Assembly (NCBI GenBank): GCA_963841435.1
Contig: CAWJCS010000001.1
Span: 256,001-320,000 of the forward strand
DNA length: 64,000 bases
Source: an uncultured delta proteobacterium
GTDB lineage: Bacteria; Myxococcota_A; Polyangia; Polyangiales; Polyangiaceae
Direction: 5' to 3'
Part shown: in pieces, positions 40,848-50,274 of the stretch
How the letters are laid out: each line of letters starts with the position of its first letter
Numbering within the stretch: position 1 is the stretch's first letter
Notes under the pieces: generated by a model
The model's input: the letters and a program-made list of their open reading frames with translations, nothing else
The model's database searches: none
Told to the model about the DNA's origin: nothing
Translations under genes and position numbers: made by a program

Positions 40848-41045
40848 CGACGGATTTTTCCCGTTGCGCGTCTCGTAACGCGGGAGGCCGGAGCCGGCCA
40901 TGAGTTCGCGTACATCGCAGCCGCGAGCGATGCACAGAAGTTCGGGTTTGCTCCGTTCCAGGCGTTCCCGAGTCTGACGGAAGTGTACGAAACGACGGAG
41001 CTACCCGCGTTCTTCAAGAATCGCCTCTTGCGTAGCGGGCGCCGT
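40848..41045 (+). pseudogene. Fragment resembling the N-terminal domain of HipA-associated HIRAN proteins
   Basis: Manual translation: RRIFPVARL...HEFAY...FGFAPFQAFPSLTEVYETTELPAFFKNRLL. Confidence 0.55.
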
Positions 41046-41362
41046 GGGTCCCCACTCAGGCCACGATGGCAGGGAACGCGGCCGCGTAGAGCGCGCCGGC
41101 TGCGTTGCGTCCGGCGCGATCGAATCTCGTCTCAAGTCTGACGCAGCCGGAAGCTCATCAGCGGCCGTCAAAGCGCGGATCGCTCGGCGCGCCACGAATC
41201 GTCCCCCGACCCCTCGAGCCACCGCACGAACGGTTCTGAAGCTTTCGGCGAGAGCAGATCGCCGTTGTTGGCGGCTTCCATCGCTTCGGCAACGACTCCG
41301 AAGCACGCCGGCCACCAGGGTTTCGCCCCCGACCCACCCCGCAGTACCCTCCCCGATCTCCC

Positions 41363-44300
41363 ATGTCCCTCCCCCGCGGCCTCTACGAGCTCCTCATCAC
41401 GAGAGACCTCGAAGCCCGCCTGCGCGACCACGCCGAACGCACCGACGTCGAACACACCGCCGCCGAACGTACCCACGCCGAACGCACCGACACCGAACGC
41501 ACCGACACCGAACGCACCCACGCCGAACGCACCGAGCTCCGCCACGCTGACGCCGCCGATCGGATTGCCGTGCACCTCGCGCGCGTCATCGAGCGCGCCG
41601 TCGAATCATTCGGCGACAGGGAGCGCGTCGAAAAGGGCATCGAGCTCGCGCGAAAGCTCATCGAAGACATCGACGCCGTCGTCACGGGCGACCTCGGCCG
41701 CGAGTCGCCGGTCACGCCGGGCGCCGTCCTCCGCGCTGTGGTCGCGCGCCTGCCGGGCGGCGGCACCGAAAGCATCCCCGAGCCGCTGATCCCCCTGCTC
41801 GACACGGCCCTGCTCACCAACGCCCCAGGCGAGCCGCGCGTCGGCCACCAGCTGGAGGCCGAGATCCACTCCGCCGATCGCATCGACCTCGTCATGGCGT
41901 TCATCCGCAGAAGCGGCGTCGCCCCGCTCCTCGCCGCCCTGCGCGCCCACTGCGAAGCAGGCCGCCCGCTCCGCGTCCTCACGACCACGTACACCGGTTC
42001 GACGGAACCGGCCGCGCTCGACCAGCTCCGCGCCTTCGGTGCCGACCTCCGCGTCTCCTACGACACCACCACCACGCGCCTGCACGCCAAAGCCTGGCTC
42101 TTCCACCGCCGCTCGGGCTTCTCCACCGCCTACATCGGCTCATCGAACCTCACCCACTCAGCGCAGGTGACCGGCCTCGAATGGAACGTCCGCGCCTCCG
42201 CCGCGCGCAACGCCCCCGTCATCGACAAAGTCGCCGCCGTCTTCGAAAGCTACTGGCAGAGCGGCGACTTCAAACCCTACGACGCTGCCGAATTCCTCGA
42301 ACGCACGAAGAGCACCGCGTCGGGCCCCGAAGTCTTCCTGAGCCCCATCGAGCTCCGCCCCGAGCCCTTCCAGGAGCGCCTGCTCGAACAGATCGCGCTC
42401 GCCCGCGAGCTCGGCCACCACAAAAACCTCCTCGTCTCCGCCACCGGCACCGGCAAAACCGTCATGGCCGCCGTTGACTACGCGCGCCTGCGCACAGCGC
42501 TCCCCCGCGCGCGCCTCCTCTTCGTCGCCCACCGCGAAGAAATCCTCACGCAGAGCCGCGCCACCTTCCGCCACGGCCTGCGCGACCACAGCTTCGGCGA
42601 GCTGTGGGTAGGCGGCCGCAAACCCGAACACTTCGAGCACGTCTTCGCCTCCATCCAGAGCCTCAACGCCGCAGGCTTCACCGACCTCGACCCCGAGCAC
42701 TTCGACGTCGTCATCGTCGACGAATTCCACCACGCCGCCGCGCCCTCCTACCGCGCCCTGCTCGACCACGTGCGCCCCCGCGAGCTGCTCGGCCTGACCG
42801 CCACCCCCGAACGCAGCGACGGCCTCCCGCTGCTCGAATGGTTCGAGCACCGCATCGCCGCCGAGCTCCGCCTCTGGGACGCGATCGACCAACACCGCCT
42901 CTCCCCGTTCACCTACTACGGCATCCACGACGGCCTGGATCTCCGCGACGTCCCCTGGCGCCGCGGCCGCGGCTACGACGTGGAGGGCCTCACCAACGTC
43001 CTTACCGCAAACGACGCCTGGGCAAGACTCGTCCTCAAAGAGCTCCTCCAACGTGTGGACGACCCGCACCGCATGCGCGCCCTCGGCTTCTGCGTCAGCG
43101 TCGAGCACGCGCGCTTCATGGCCCGCGTCTTTGCCGAGGCGTCCCTCGCCGCGACCGCCATCTGGGCCGACAGCCCCGACGACGAACGCAAAGCCGCCCT
43201 CAAAAACCTCGCCGCCGGCACCCTCAACGTCGTCTTCTCCGTCAACCTCTTCAACGAAGGCGTCAACCTCCCCGTCGTCGACACCGTCCTCTTCCTCCGC
43301 CCGACGGACAGCCCCACGCTCTTCCTCCAGCAGCTCGGCCGCGGCCTGCGCCGGAGCCCCGGCAAAACCAACTGCCTCGTCCTCGACTTCGTCGGCCAGC
43401 ACCGAAAAGAATTCCGCTTCGACCGCCGCTTCGGCGCCCTGCTCGGCGGCACCCGCACCGACGTCGCCGACCAAGTCAAACAAGGCTTCCCCTTCCTCCC
43501 CGCGGGCTGCCACATGGAGCTCGACCGCGTCGCCACCGACATCGTCCTCCGCAGCCTCCGCGAATCCGTCCCCACCCGCTGGCAAGCCAAAGTCGACGAG
43601 CTCCGCGCCCTCCACGCCACCCACCCCGACCTCCGCCTCGCCGACTACCTGGAACAGACAGGCCTCGACCTCGCCGACCTCTACGACGGCGGCCGCTCCT
43701 TTACCGACCTCCGCTCCGCCGCCGGCGTCACCCTGCCGCCCGCCGGCCCCAGCGAAGAAACCCTGCGCCGCGCCTGCGGCCGCCTCCTCCACGTCAACGA
43801 CCTCCCGCGCATCGACGCCTGGGCGCGCCTCCTATCGAGCGAAGCGCCGCCCGACGCCGCGAGTCTCGACCCGAAAGAGCAGCGACTGCTCCGCATGCTG
43901 GTCGCATCAGTCGCCGACAAGGCGGTGACGAAATCCACGCCGCTCGGCGAGGGCGTGAGCCTGCTCTGGGCGCATCCCGCAGTGCGCCTGGAGCTGCTCG
44001 AGCTCCTGGACGTGCTCCGCTCGCGCGTCTCGCACGTGCATCCACCGCTCGATTCCCATCCGCTCGTGCCGCTGCGTGTGCACGCGCGCTACTCGCGCCT
44101 GGAGATCCTGGCCGCCTTCGGCATCGGAGAGGGGGCCAAGGTGGCGCCGTGGCAAACGGGCGTCTACTTCGCCGACCAGGCCCGCGCGGACCTCCTGGCC
44201 TTCACACTCGACAAAACGAGCGGCAAGTTCTCACCAACCACGCGCTACCGCGACTACGCGATCAGTCGGGAGCTCATCCACTGGGAGAGCCAGTCGGTGA

Positions 44301-44524
44301 CGCGCGCCGACGGGGAGACCGGCCAGCGCTACCAGCGCCACGTGGAGCTCGGCACGAGCGTGCAGCTCTTCGCGCGGCAGCGCCAAGACGACCGCGCGTT
44401 CTGGTTCTTGGGGCCGGCGACCTACGTGAGCCACGAATCGGAGATGCCGATGGCCGTCACTTGGAGGCTGGAGCATGCTTTGCCGGGGGACTTGTTCGTC
44501 GGGTTTGCGGCGGCGGTGGCGTAG
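41363..44524 (+). CDS. PLD nuclease-SF2 helicase-DUF3427 protein (SauUSI-like type IV restriction architecture)
   Basis: LHAKAW...GSSNLT..EWN; ATGTGKT, DEFHH, GLTATP, QQLGRGLR; C-terminal YRDYAIS..LIHWESQS. Confidence 0.9.
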   Translation: MSLPRGLYELLITRDLEARLRDHAERTDVEHTAAERTHAERTDTERTDTERTHAERTELRHADAADRIAVHLARVIERAVESFGDRERVEKGIELARKLIEDIDAVVTGDLGRESPVTPGAVLRAVVARLPGGGTESIPEPLIPLLDTALLTNAPGEPRVGHQLEAEIHSADRIDLVMAFIRRSGVAPLLAALRAHCEAGRPLRVLTTTYTGSTEPAALDQLRAFGADLRVSYDTTTTRLHAKAWLFHRRSGFSTAYIGSSNLTHSAQVTGLEWNVRASAARNAPVIDKVAAVFESYWQSGDFKPYDAAEFLERTKSTASGPEVFLSPIELRPEPFQERLLEQIALARELGHHKNLLVSATGTGKTVMAAVDYARLRTALPRARLLFVAHREEILTQSRATFRHGLRDHSFGELWVGGRKPEHFEHVFASIQSLNAAGFTDLDPEHFDVVIVDEFHHAAAPSYRALLDHVRPRELLGLTATPERSDGLPLLEWFEHRIAAELRLWDAIDQHRLSPFTYYGIHDGLDLRDVPWRRGRGYDVEGLTNVLTANDAWARLVLKELLQRVDDPHRMRALGFCVSVEHARFMARVFAEASLAATAIWADSPDDERKAALKNLAAGTLNVVFSVNLFNEGVNLPVVDTVLFLRPTDSPTLFLQQLGRGLRRSPGKTNCLVLDFVGQHRKEFRFDRRFGALLGGTRTDVADQVKQGFPFLPAGCHMELDRVATDIVLRSLRESVPTRWQAKVDELRALHATHPDLRLADYLEQTGLDLADLYDGGRSFTDLRSAAGVTLPPAGPSEETLRRACGRLLHVNDLPRIDAWARLLSSEAPPDAASLDPKEQRLLRMLVASVADKAVTKSTPLGEGVSLLWAHPAVRLELLELLDVLRSRVSHVHPPLDSHPLVPLRVHARYSRLEILAAFGIGEGAKVAPWQTGVYFADQARADLLAFTLDKTSGKFSPTTRYRDYAISRELIHWESQSVTRADGETGQRYQRHVELGTSVQLFARQRQDDRAFWFLGPATYVSHESEMPMAVTWRLEHALPGDLFVGFAAAVA
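41429..41533 (+). repeat. In-frame 15-bp tandem repeat, 7 units (xxERT)
   Basis: Variants of cacgccgaacgcacc encoding HAERT DVEHT AAERT HAERT DTERT DTERT HAERT. Confidence 0.9.
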
Positions 44525-44656
44525 GGGGGCACGCGCGGCACCAAGGTAGATCGGCCCGAGAAGGCGCGCATAGCCGTCTTCCTCCAAAGGGTGGTTCGCA
44601 CTCTGTGATCTGATCGCAAACGAGGACGGAGGATGAGCAAGCGACTGCCGATCTAC

Positions 44657-45976
44657 TCACTCGAGATCGTCCGCCCGCCACCAGAGCTTCCGCTTGGCCT
44701 CCTCGAAATGCTCCTCGGGCGTGTGCCATTCCGAGAAGTGATCCATGGCGTTGCCGCCACCGAAAAGCCGGCGTGCGCTCTCAAGCCGCTGCTCGACGGC
44801 AGCTCGCCCATTCTCGTCCAGCTTCTCCCACCCCTCGGCAAGCCCGGTGAAGAACTTCTCGATATTGGTCGCCGTCACCCAGCGCTCAATCACTTTTAGC
44901 AGCTCATGACGGCTCTCCTCGTCAGCCTTCGCGCGGATCTCCTCGAGCTCTTTGCGGTGCCGCTCGCGCTCAGCCGCAACGTATCGCTCGTGCTCCTCTT
45001 TCCGCTTCCGCTCGGATTCCTGTGCCTGCGAGGCGAGCTGCGGGGCCGTCGCCTCGAGTTCGTCACCGATGCCTTCAAGCAGCCGCTTCAGTTCGCCGGG
45101 TTTGGCTTCACGCCAGTAGTGTTCCCACGGCGCACCCAAGTACGGCGAATACGCCTGCACTCCGAGTCTGCCGCTCGGGAGGGAATGCTTTGAGAAGCCC
45201 CAGCTCCTCTCCGCGCGAAGCCGCTCCATGGCCTTGCTCTGCGGCACGCGGACATAGTCGCCGTCGCTGTACATGACCTCGACCTCTTCCGCGATCTCGA
45301 AAACGACCAGCCCGACGGCGACGCCACCGATATAGACGAGCGTGGGACGCGCCGACGACCAGACGCGAGATGAGTCGTAGTGGCGATGGCGCGACGGTTT
45401 GCCGCCCGGATGCTCCTCATGCTCGAGCTCGGGTCGCCTATAGCCTTGGGCCCCCGCCTGGCGCACCCAATGGCCGCGATCCTCGAGCGCCAGATACAGG
45501 CGGTTCGGTAGGTTCAGCGCATCGTCGAGAGCGTCCTTGGAAACGAAGATGTCCGGCAGAGCGCCGCGCTTGGGGACGAGATACCCGTGCCGCTCGTACT
45601 TCCTGGGCTTCGAATCGAGGAAGTCTTCACGGACGCCCGCGAGCACTGGGTGCGTCTTGGGGCGCTCTCCCCTCCGCGTCTTCCGCTCGCCGAGGCCCAC
45701 GAACACCGGCGTCGGGATTTCACGCACCTCGTAGCCACCGTCGGTGCCGCGCTTCCACGCCGTCACGTCCCCGGGGTCTGGGGCGGGCAAGGGATCGCGC
45801 TTGGGGTCTTTGCCCGCGCCAAGTTGCTGCCAATAGCCGCGCCCGGGACGCGGGATCTTCAGCTGCTCGCAGATGCGGGCGAGATAGTTCGACGAGACGG
45901 CGTACCGCTCGGCGACGGTGGTCATGGGTTCCTTCCAGACCTCGTCATAGAGGGTTTCCCGAGTGATCGTGGTCAC
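44657..45976 (-). CDS. Conserved hypothetical protein with N-terminal HTH, of a type often found in mobile elements
   Basis: ITRETLYDEVWKEPM..VA..Y.VS...LARIC..LKIPRPGRGYW; C-terminal coiled coil. Confidence 0.75.
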   Translation of the reverse strand: MTTITRETLYDEVWKEPMTTVAERYAVSSNYLARICEQLKIPRPGRGYWQQLGAGKDPKRDPLPAPDPGDVTAWKRGTDGGYEVREIPTPVFVGLGERKTRRGERPKTHPVLAGVREDFLDSKPRKYERHGYLVPKRGALPDIFVSKDALDDALNLPNRLYLALEDRGHWVRQAGAQGYRRPELEHEEHPGGKPSRHRHYDSSRVWSSARPTLVYIGGVAVGLVVFEIAEEVEVMYSDGDYVRVPQSKAMERLRAERSWGFSKHSLPSGRLGVQAYSPYLGAPWEHYWREAKPGELKRLLEGIGDELEATAPQLASQAQESERKRKEEHERYVAAERERHRKELEEIRAKADEESRHELLKVIERWVTATNIEKFFTGLAEGWEKLDENGRAAVEQRLESARRLFGGGNAMDHFSEWHTPEEHFEEAKRKLWWRADDLE

Positions 45977-46134
45977 GTTCGGGAAGATACTATCGTCGCC
46001 CCCGCCCACCCGCACCGACCCGCTGCTCAGGTCGGGCGGACGCTTGCGTGTGAGGGTGAACGCCCAATTCCGGCCCTAGAACCCGCCTAGTCCATCGAGG
46101 GAACACGCGGTAGGTTACGGTTGTTCAAGTCGGC

Positions 46135-47277
46135 ATGCCCCGCTCTCCATTTGCCACGCTCATCTTTCGAGGCAAGCGCTTCGACGATGCAGCAATGCCA
46201 GTCGAGGCGCTGCCCGAGCTCGCCGCGTATCGAGACCTCGTCGCCGCCGTGGCGAAGGAGTTGTTCTTCGCCGAGAACCCTGGACGTCTGCGGCTGCCCA
46301 AGGGGTTCGATGCTTCGTTCCGGCTGACGCTTTCTCGTGTCGAGGACGGAAGCGCCGTGCCCATCGTGGAGCGCACACTGCCCGCGAACGAGCTATTTCC
46401 GGGCACCGATCTATTTGACAGCGCGCGCGACGAAGTGGAAGCGGCCATCAACGCACTTCGCTCGAACGCCGCGCTGCCGTCGTGGCTCAACCCCGCCGTG
46501 TCCGCTCGCTTTAGCTCCTTCGGTCGCACGCTGCGCGATGACGAGGCAGTGGTGGTCGCGGCCGCTGGGAAGCGCGACGGCGCGCTCTACGACCGCCAAG
46601 TTCGGCGGGCTATCCTCGTGCGCTCCCAGGGAACGTACGAGGAAGAGGTTGATCTGATTGGTGTCGTCCGCGAGACGGACGTCGACCAGGATTCCTTTGA
46701 GATCCGGCTCGCCGATGATCGCCGGATCCCCATTCGAGCGTCGCGGCCCTTCCTGAAGCAGATCGTGGATTCGCTTCAGCGTGACACCGCCGTTCGTGTC
46801 TCCGGTACGGGCGTCCACGATGCTGAAGGCAAACTGCTGCGCGTGGCCCAAGCGACTGACGTGAGCGCAGCCGAAGAGGGCGACGTGGCCAGCGGGCGCC
46901 CCGGCTGCAGAATCCCCGTCGACGAACAGGTCGCTTCGCTCAGCGGCTTGGCCGACGGATGGCTCGACGGCGAGGGCCGGGCCTACGATGCCGACGTCCT
47001 TGCCTGGTCCGCGAAGCTGTTGCGCGGAATCGTGGACGGCTTCGAACTCGCGATCCCGCACATCTACCCGACGCCCGAGGGCTGCGTGCGGGCCGAGTGG
47101 TCGCGTCCGAGATGGGAGATCTCGGCGGAACTCGACTCCTCCCGGAAGGTGTCCGAGGTTCGGGCTGTTCGGCTCGACGCCGATGAGATGCACGAACGGA
47201 CTTTTTCGCTGGTCGAGCCGGGGCAGGAGATCCTGTTCGGGAGCTTTCTGGCGAATCAGCTGCATGGGGATGAATGA
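46135..47277 (+). CDS. Hypothetical protein (unknown N-terminal region, possible OB-like segment, C-terminal GWxDG...IYPTPEG...EW domain)
   Basis: 380-aa ORF with normal composition; ATGA overlap with the next gene. Confidence 0.75.
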   Translation: MPRSPFATLIFRGKRFDDAAMPVEALPELAAYRDLVAAVAKELFFAENPGRLRLPKGFDASFRLTLSRVEDGSAVPIVERTLPANELFPGTDLFDSARDEVEAAINALRSNAALPSWLNPAVSARFSSFGRTLRDDEAVVVAAAGKRDGALYDRQVRRAILVRSQGTYEEEVDLIGVVRETDVDQDSFEIRLADDRRIPIRASRPFLKQIVDSLQRDTAVRVSGTGVHDAEGKLLRVAQATDVSAAEEGDVASGRPGCRIPVDEQVASLSGLADGWLDGEGRAYDADVLAWSAKLLRGIVDGFELAIPHIYPTPEGCVRAEWSRPRWEISAELDSSRKVSEVRAVRLDADEMHERTFSLVEPGQEILFGSFLANQLHGDE

Positions 47278-47687
47278 CGGCGACTGCGCTAGACGAGGAC
47301 GCCGAGCTCTTGTTCCGCCAGGTGCACCCGGCTTTTGTTCGCGACGGTCGCGTCGGGAGCCAGGCTTTCCGCCCGACTCCGAAGGACGAGCGACTTCTGT
47401 CGGTGGCACGCGGAGCCATCACGACGGCGCGCGCCGCATACGAGCTCCACACCGGATGCCTCAAGCTTTCGTCCGCCGGGGCGTGGGCTGTTACCGTCGC
47501 GGAGTCCACGGCGCTCGGTTTGCCGTCCCGACCTGACGAGATTACCGAGGGGCCCTGCCCCGATCCGGCGCATGCTGTGGTCGACTTCACCGCACTCACC
47601 AACAGCAAGGTGGAGGCGCACGGCGCTCGCCTTGCGCGCCTCGCGAACGAGCGTGGGCGGCAATACGCGCCCGACGACGGCGCGTAA
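47274..47687 (+). CDS. Small hypothetical protein with ADP-ribosyltransferase/RES-like motif pattern
   Basis: LLFRQVHP...AFRP...LSV...AHAVV; the fold call is inference only. Confidence 0.6.
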   Translation: MTATALDEDAELLFRQVHPAFVRDGRVGSQAFRPTPKDERLLSVARGAITTARAAYELHTGCLKLSSAGAWAVTVAESTALGLPSRPDEITEGPCPDPAHAVVDFTALTNSKVEAHGARLARLANERGRQYAPDDGA

Positions 47688-47826
47688 GAGCGGATGGGCG
47701 TAGTGGGCGCCCGCGGCCCGAGGGTCACCGCGTTGCCGAAGCCGACTTCTTCCCGCTCGTTGCGCTGACGCCAGAAGCCACGAACCCACCAGCGGAGGCT
47801 GGAGGGTCATCGCGTCGTACAACGGT

Positions 47827-48838
47827 TACAGCAGTTTTCAATGAGATGGATCACGGAGAGGGGTATCCGCAGTGGCCGAACCATCCGGCGGAGTCGGCCG
47901 GCGTGATCGCGTGAAGCGCATCGGCGACGGCGCAGACCAGTCGTCGCCACGTGCGGGCACCAAGGCGACGCAGGAGCGCTTTCGCCTTCGACCAGGCCAG
48001 TTCGATCGGGTTGAGGTCGGGAGAGTAGGGTGGCAGGAACTCGAGCCGCGCGCCGGTGCACTCGACAGCGAGGCGCACCTCGAAGTCGGTGTGAATGCCC
48101 AGGTTGTCCCAGATGACGATGTCTCCCGGCTTCAGGAGCGGGACAAGGAACTCCCGAGCCCAGACGCGCATCGCCTCGGTGTTCATCGCGCCGGGCAACA
48201 ACAACGGTGCATGCACGCCGTCGAGCGACAGCGCGGCGATCAGCGAGAAGTTCTCCCAGCGCCTGCCCGGAACGTGGTTGACGAGCCGCTCGCCGCGCGG
48301 AGCCCAACCGTTTGCCCGCGTGAGCGCGAGGTTGACCCCACTCTCGTCCACGAACCAAAGGCGTCTCTTGCGCCAGCGCTGCCGACGCTTGCAGAATACC
48401 TCCCGGGCGCAGACTACGTCCGGCCGCTCGCGCTCCGAGGCCTGGAGGGACTTTTTTTTCGAGTCAGGCCGAGCCGGCGCAGGCTCCGCCACATCGTCGT
48501 CTCGCTGACCGCGACGGCGGTCTGCTTCGCCAGCAACTCCGACAGCTCCACGAGGGAAGCGTCCGGCCGCTTCGCAGCGAGCTTTCGTAGCCGTCGCTCC
48601 GTCGCCCCCTTCACCAAGCGCTCCTTGCCCGGGGCCTTTCCCGGTGCCGGATCCCCCGTTTCCCGAACCTGGATCCGAAGCTTCCGAACGAAGCTCGCGC
48701 TCACCGCGAACCTCCGTCCCACCCGCAATGACGAACTGTCTTCTGACAGCGCGTCCAAGATCCGCTTGCGCAAGTCCAACGAGAGCGCGGCCATGAAGAC
48801 CGCGTATCACGTGTCATGAATCATGGAAAGGGGCTGTA
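47827..48838 (-). mobile_element. IS630 family insertion sequence
   Basis: TA at both ends; imperfect TIRs tacagcagttttcaatga and tacagcccctttccatga (14/18). Confidence 0.9.
47851..48794 (-). CDS. IS630 transposase, two ORFs joined by a probable programmed -1 frameshift
   Basis: HTH ORF starting MAALSLDLRKRI; A8 run at 48452-48459; DDE part FVDES, WDNL, LPPYSPDLNPIE. Confidence 0.92.
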
Positions 48839-48976
48839 GTTGCGCCGGGCCGATCCGCTCGCTGTGTTGCTCTTGCGAGCCAAAAAGGTGCGGCGAGTGA
48901 CGTTCCGGACCAAGTCTTCGACGAACAGGACTGAACGCGACTGGTCGGATCGGCGGGGCGGTTGTAGGACAGCTTC

Positions 48977-49342
48977 ATGGCCGACGCGGCTCGAGTTCTG
49001 GAAGAAGCGCTGGCGCTTGCGGCGAGCGAGCGAGCGCGCGCGCATACCGCATGAACTCATCCAGAGCCTCGAGCCGGAGGACTCCGACGCCGCCGCGGCC
49101 TGGAGCGACGAGATCCGACGACGCGTGGACGAGATCGACGCGGGGACCGCCGAGCTCGAAGACTGGGAGACCGTTCGAGCCCGGCTCGAAGCCGCCGGTC
49201 GGACGTGACGCGCCTGCGGTTCCACCGCGCCGCAAGCGCGGAAGCGGAGGCCTGGGTGCGTTGGTACAACGAGCGGGTGGCCGTGTATCCAGCTCGCGCT
49301 CGAGGCTACGGCCCCTCTTCTGGGACGAGCAAGCCCTCATAA
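48977..49342 (+). pseudogene. Addiction-module antitoxin (+4 frameshift) plus truncated ParE, copy 2
   Basis: MADAARVLEEALALAASER, extra gcga, then HELIQSLE...; toxin GTG at 49205 diverges after WYNER. Confidence 0.85.
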
Positions 49343-49436
49343 CCCTGTCGCGATTGCGCTGAGCCCTTCCGGCCAATTTCGGCTCTGTTGAGCTTTGCTC
49401 TCTCATATCGCGCTCATTCCAGGCCCCATACCACGG

Positions 49437-50075
49437 TCACTTTGGGGGCCAGGCCGGGCCTGCGACGTAGTGGGCACCGCGGCGCTCGCCTCGGAGCTCG
49501 ACCACCCCGGCGCGGACCCACGCAGCAAGCGCGGCTCGAGCGCGCTCCCGCTCGACGCCAAACGCTTCACGGTAGTCCGAGTTCGTGATGCGACCCGTGA
49601 GCGCCATGTGCTGCACGAGTTGCTCCGCCGGGGTGCGCTGCACCGTTGCGCCGCCTTGGTGCGCCTTCACCACGGCGTACTGTCGGCCACGAGTGGCACC
49701 CGATGTCCGAACCAGACCTCGCGTTTCGAGCTCCTGAAGCTCCCGGTATGCCACGTCCCGGTCGACCCGGTTGAGTTCTTGGTAGTCGCTGCTCTGAAAT
49801 CCCGAGCGGTCGGCAAACGCGGCGAGGGCGCGCTTCTGCCGAACTTCGAGCGGCAAGCCCCGAACGTGCTTGGCCCAACTTTCATCCATCGTTCCGAAGA
49901 TCGGCTCGTTGCGCAACGTAACGGTCACGTCGTGTCCGCTCGCGACGATGTCGGGAGGTGGCAACCACGAGAGCTCCATCTCCTCGATCATGCGTGGGAT
50001 CCCTTCACCTTGCTGCCGCATGACTCCGAGCTCGGTCAGAACGCGAGCAACGCGATGCGACGGGCCATCGCCACG
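49437..50075 (-). pseudogene. C-terminal fragment of a RecG_C/HATPase_c_4 plus HTH protein (AlbA_2-type)
   Basis: VARVLTELGVMRQQGEGIPRM...VTVTL, two wHTH (ITNSDYRE...G.RRGAHY); the N-terminal part is missing. Confidence 0.7.
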
Positions 50076-50274
50076 TGACGTTCTACCTCAGAGCTCCCGC
50101 GGCCGGAAGAATCACGCGCTCAGTGCGAGCCCGGAGCGCGCATCCCGACTCGGCTGCACCTGCGCAGCGTCCGGCACATGCACCCGCTGGAGACCCGGTG
50201 TGGCGGTTGCCGCCGTGGCGCGACGGGATGGACCGGCAGAACGCTCTCCGCATGACATGCGGCGTTGGGAAGAC

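Noticed and set aside
41429-41533. Possible CRISPR array, also considered for the repeats at about 6330, 15060 and 37000
   Set aside because: Contiguous in-frame coding repeats without spacers; no cas genes seen.
39300-50100. Integron-like cassette array
   Set aside because: No integrase and no convincing attC sites found by eye; genes are in mixed orientation.
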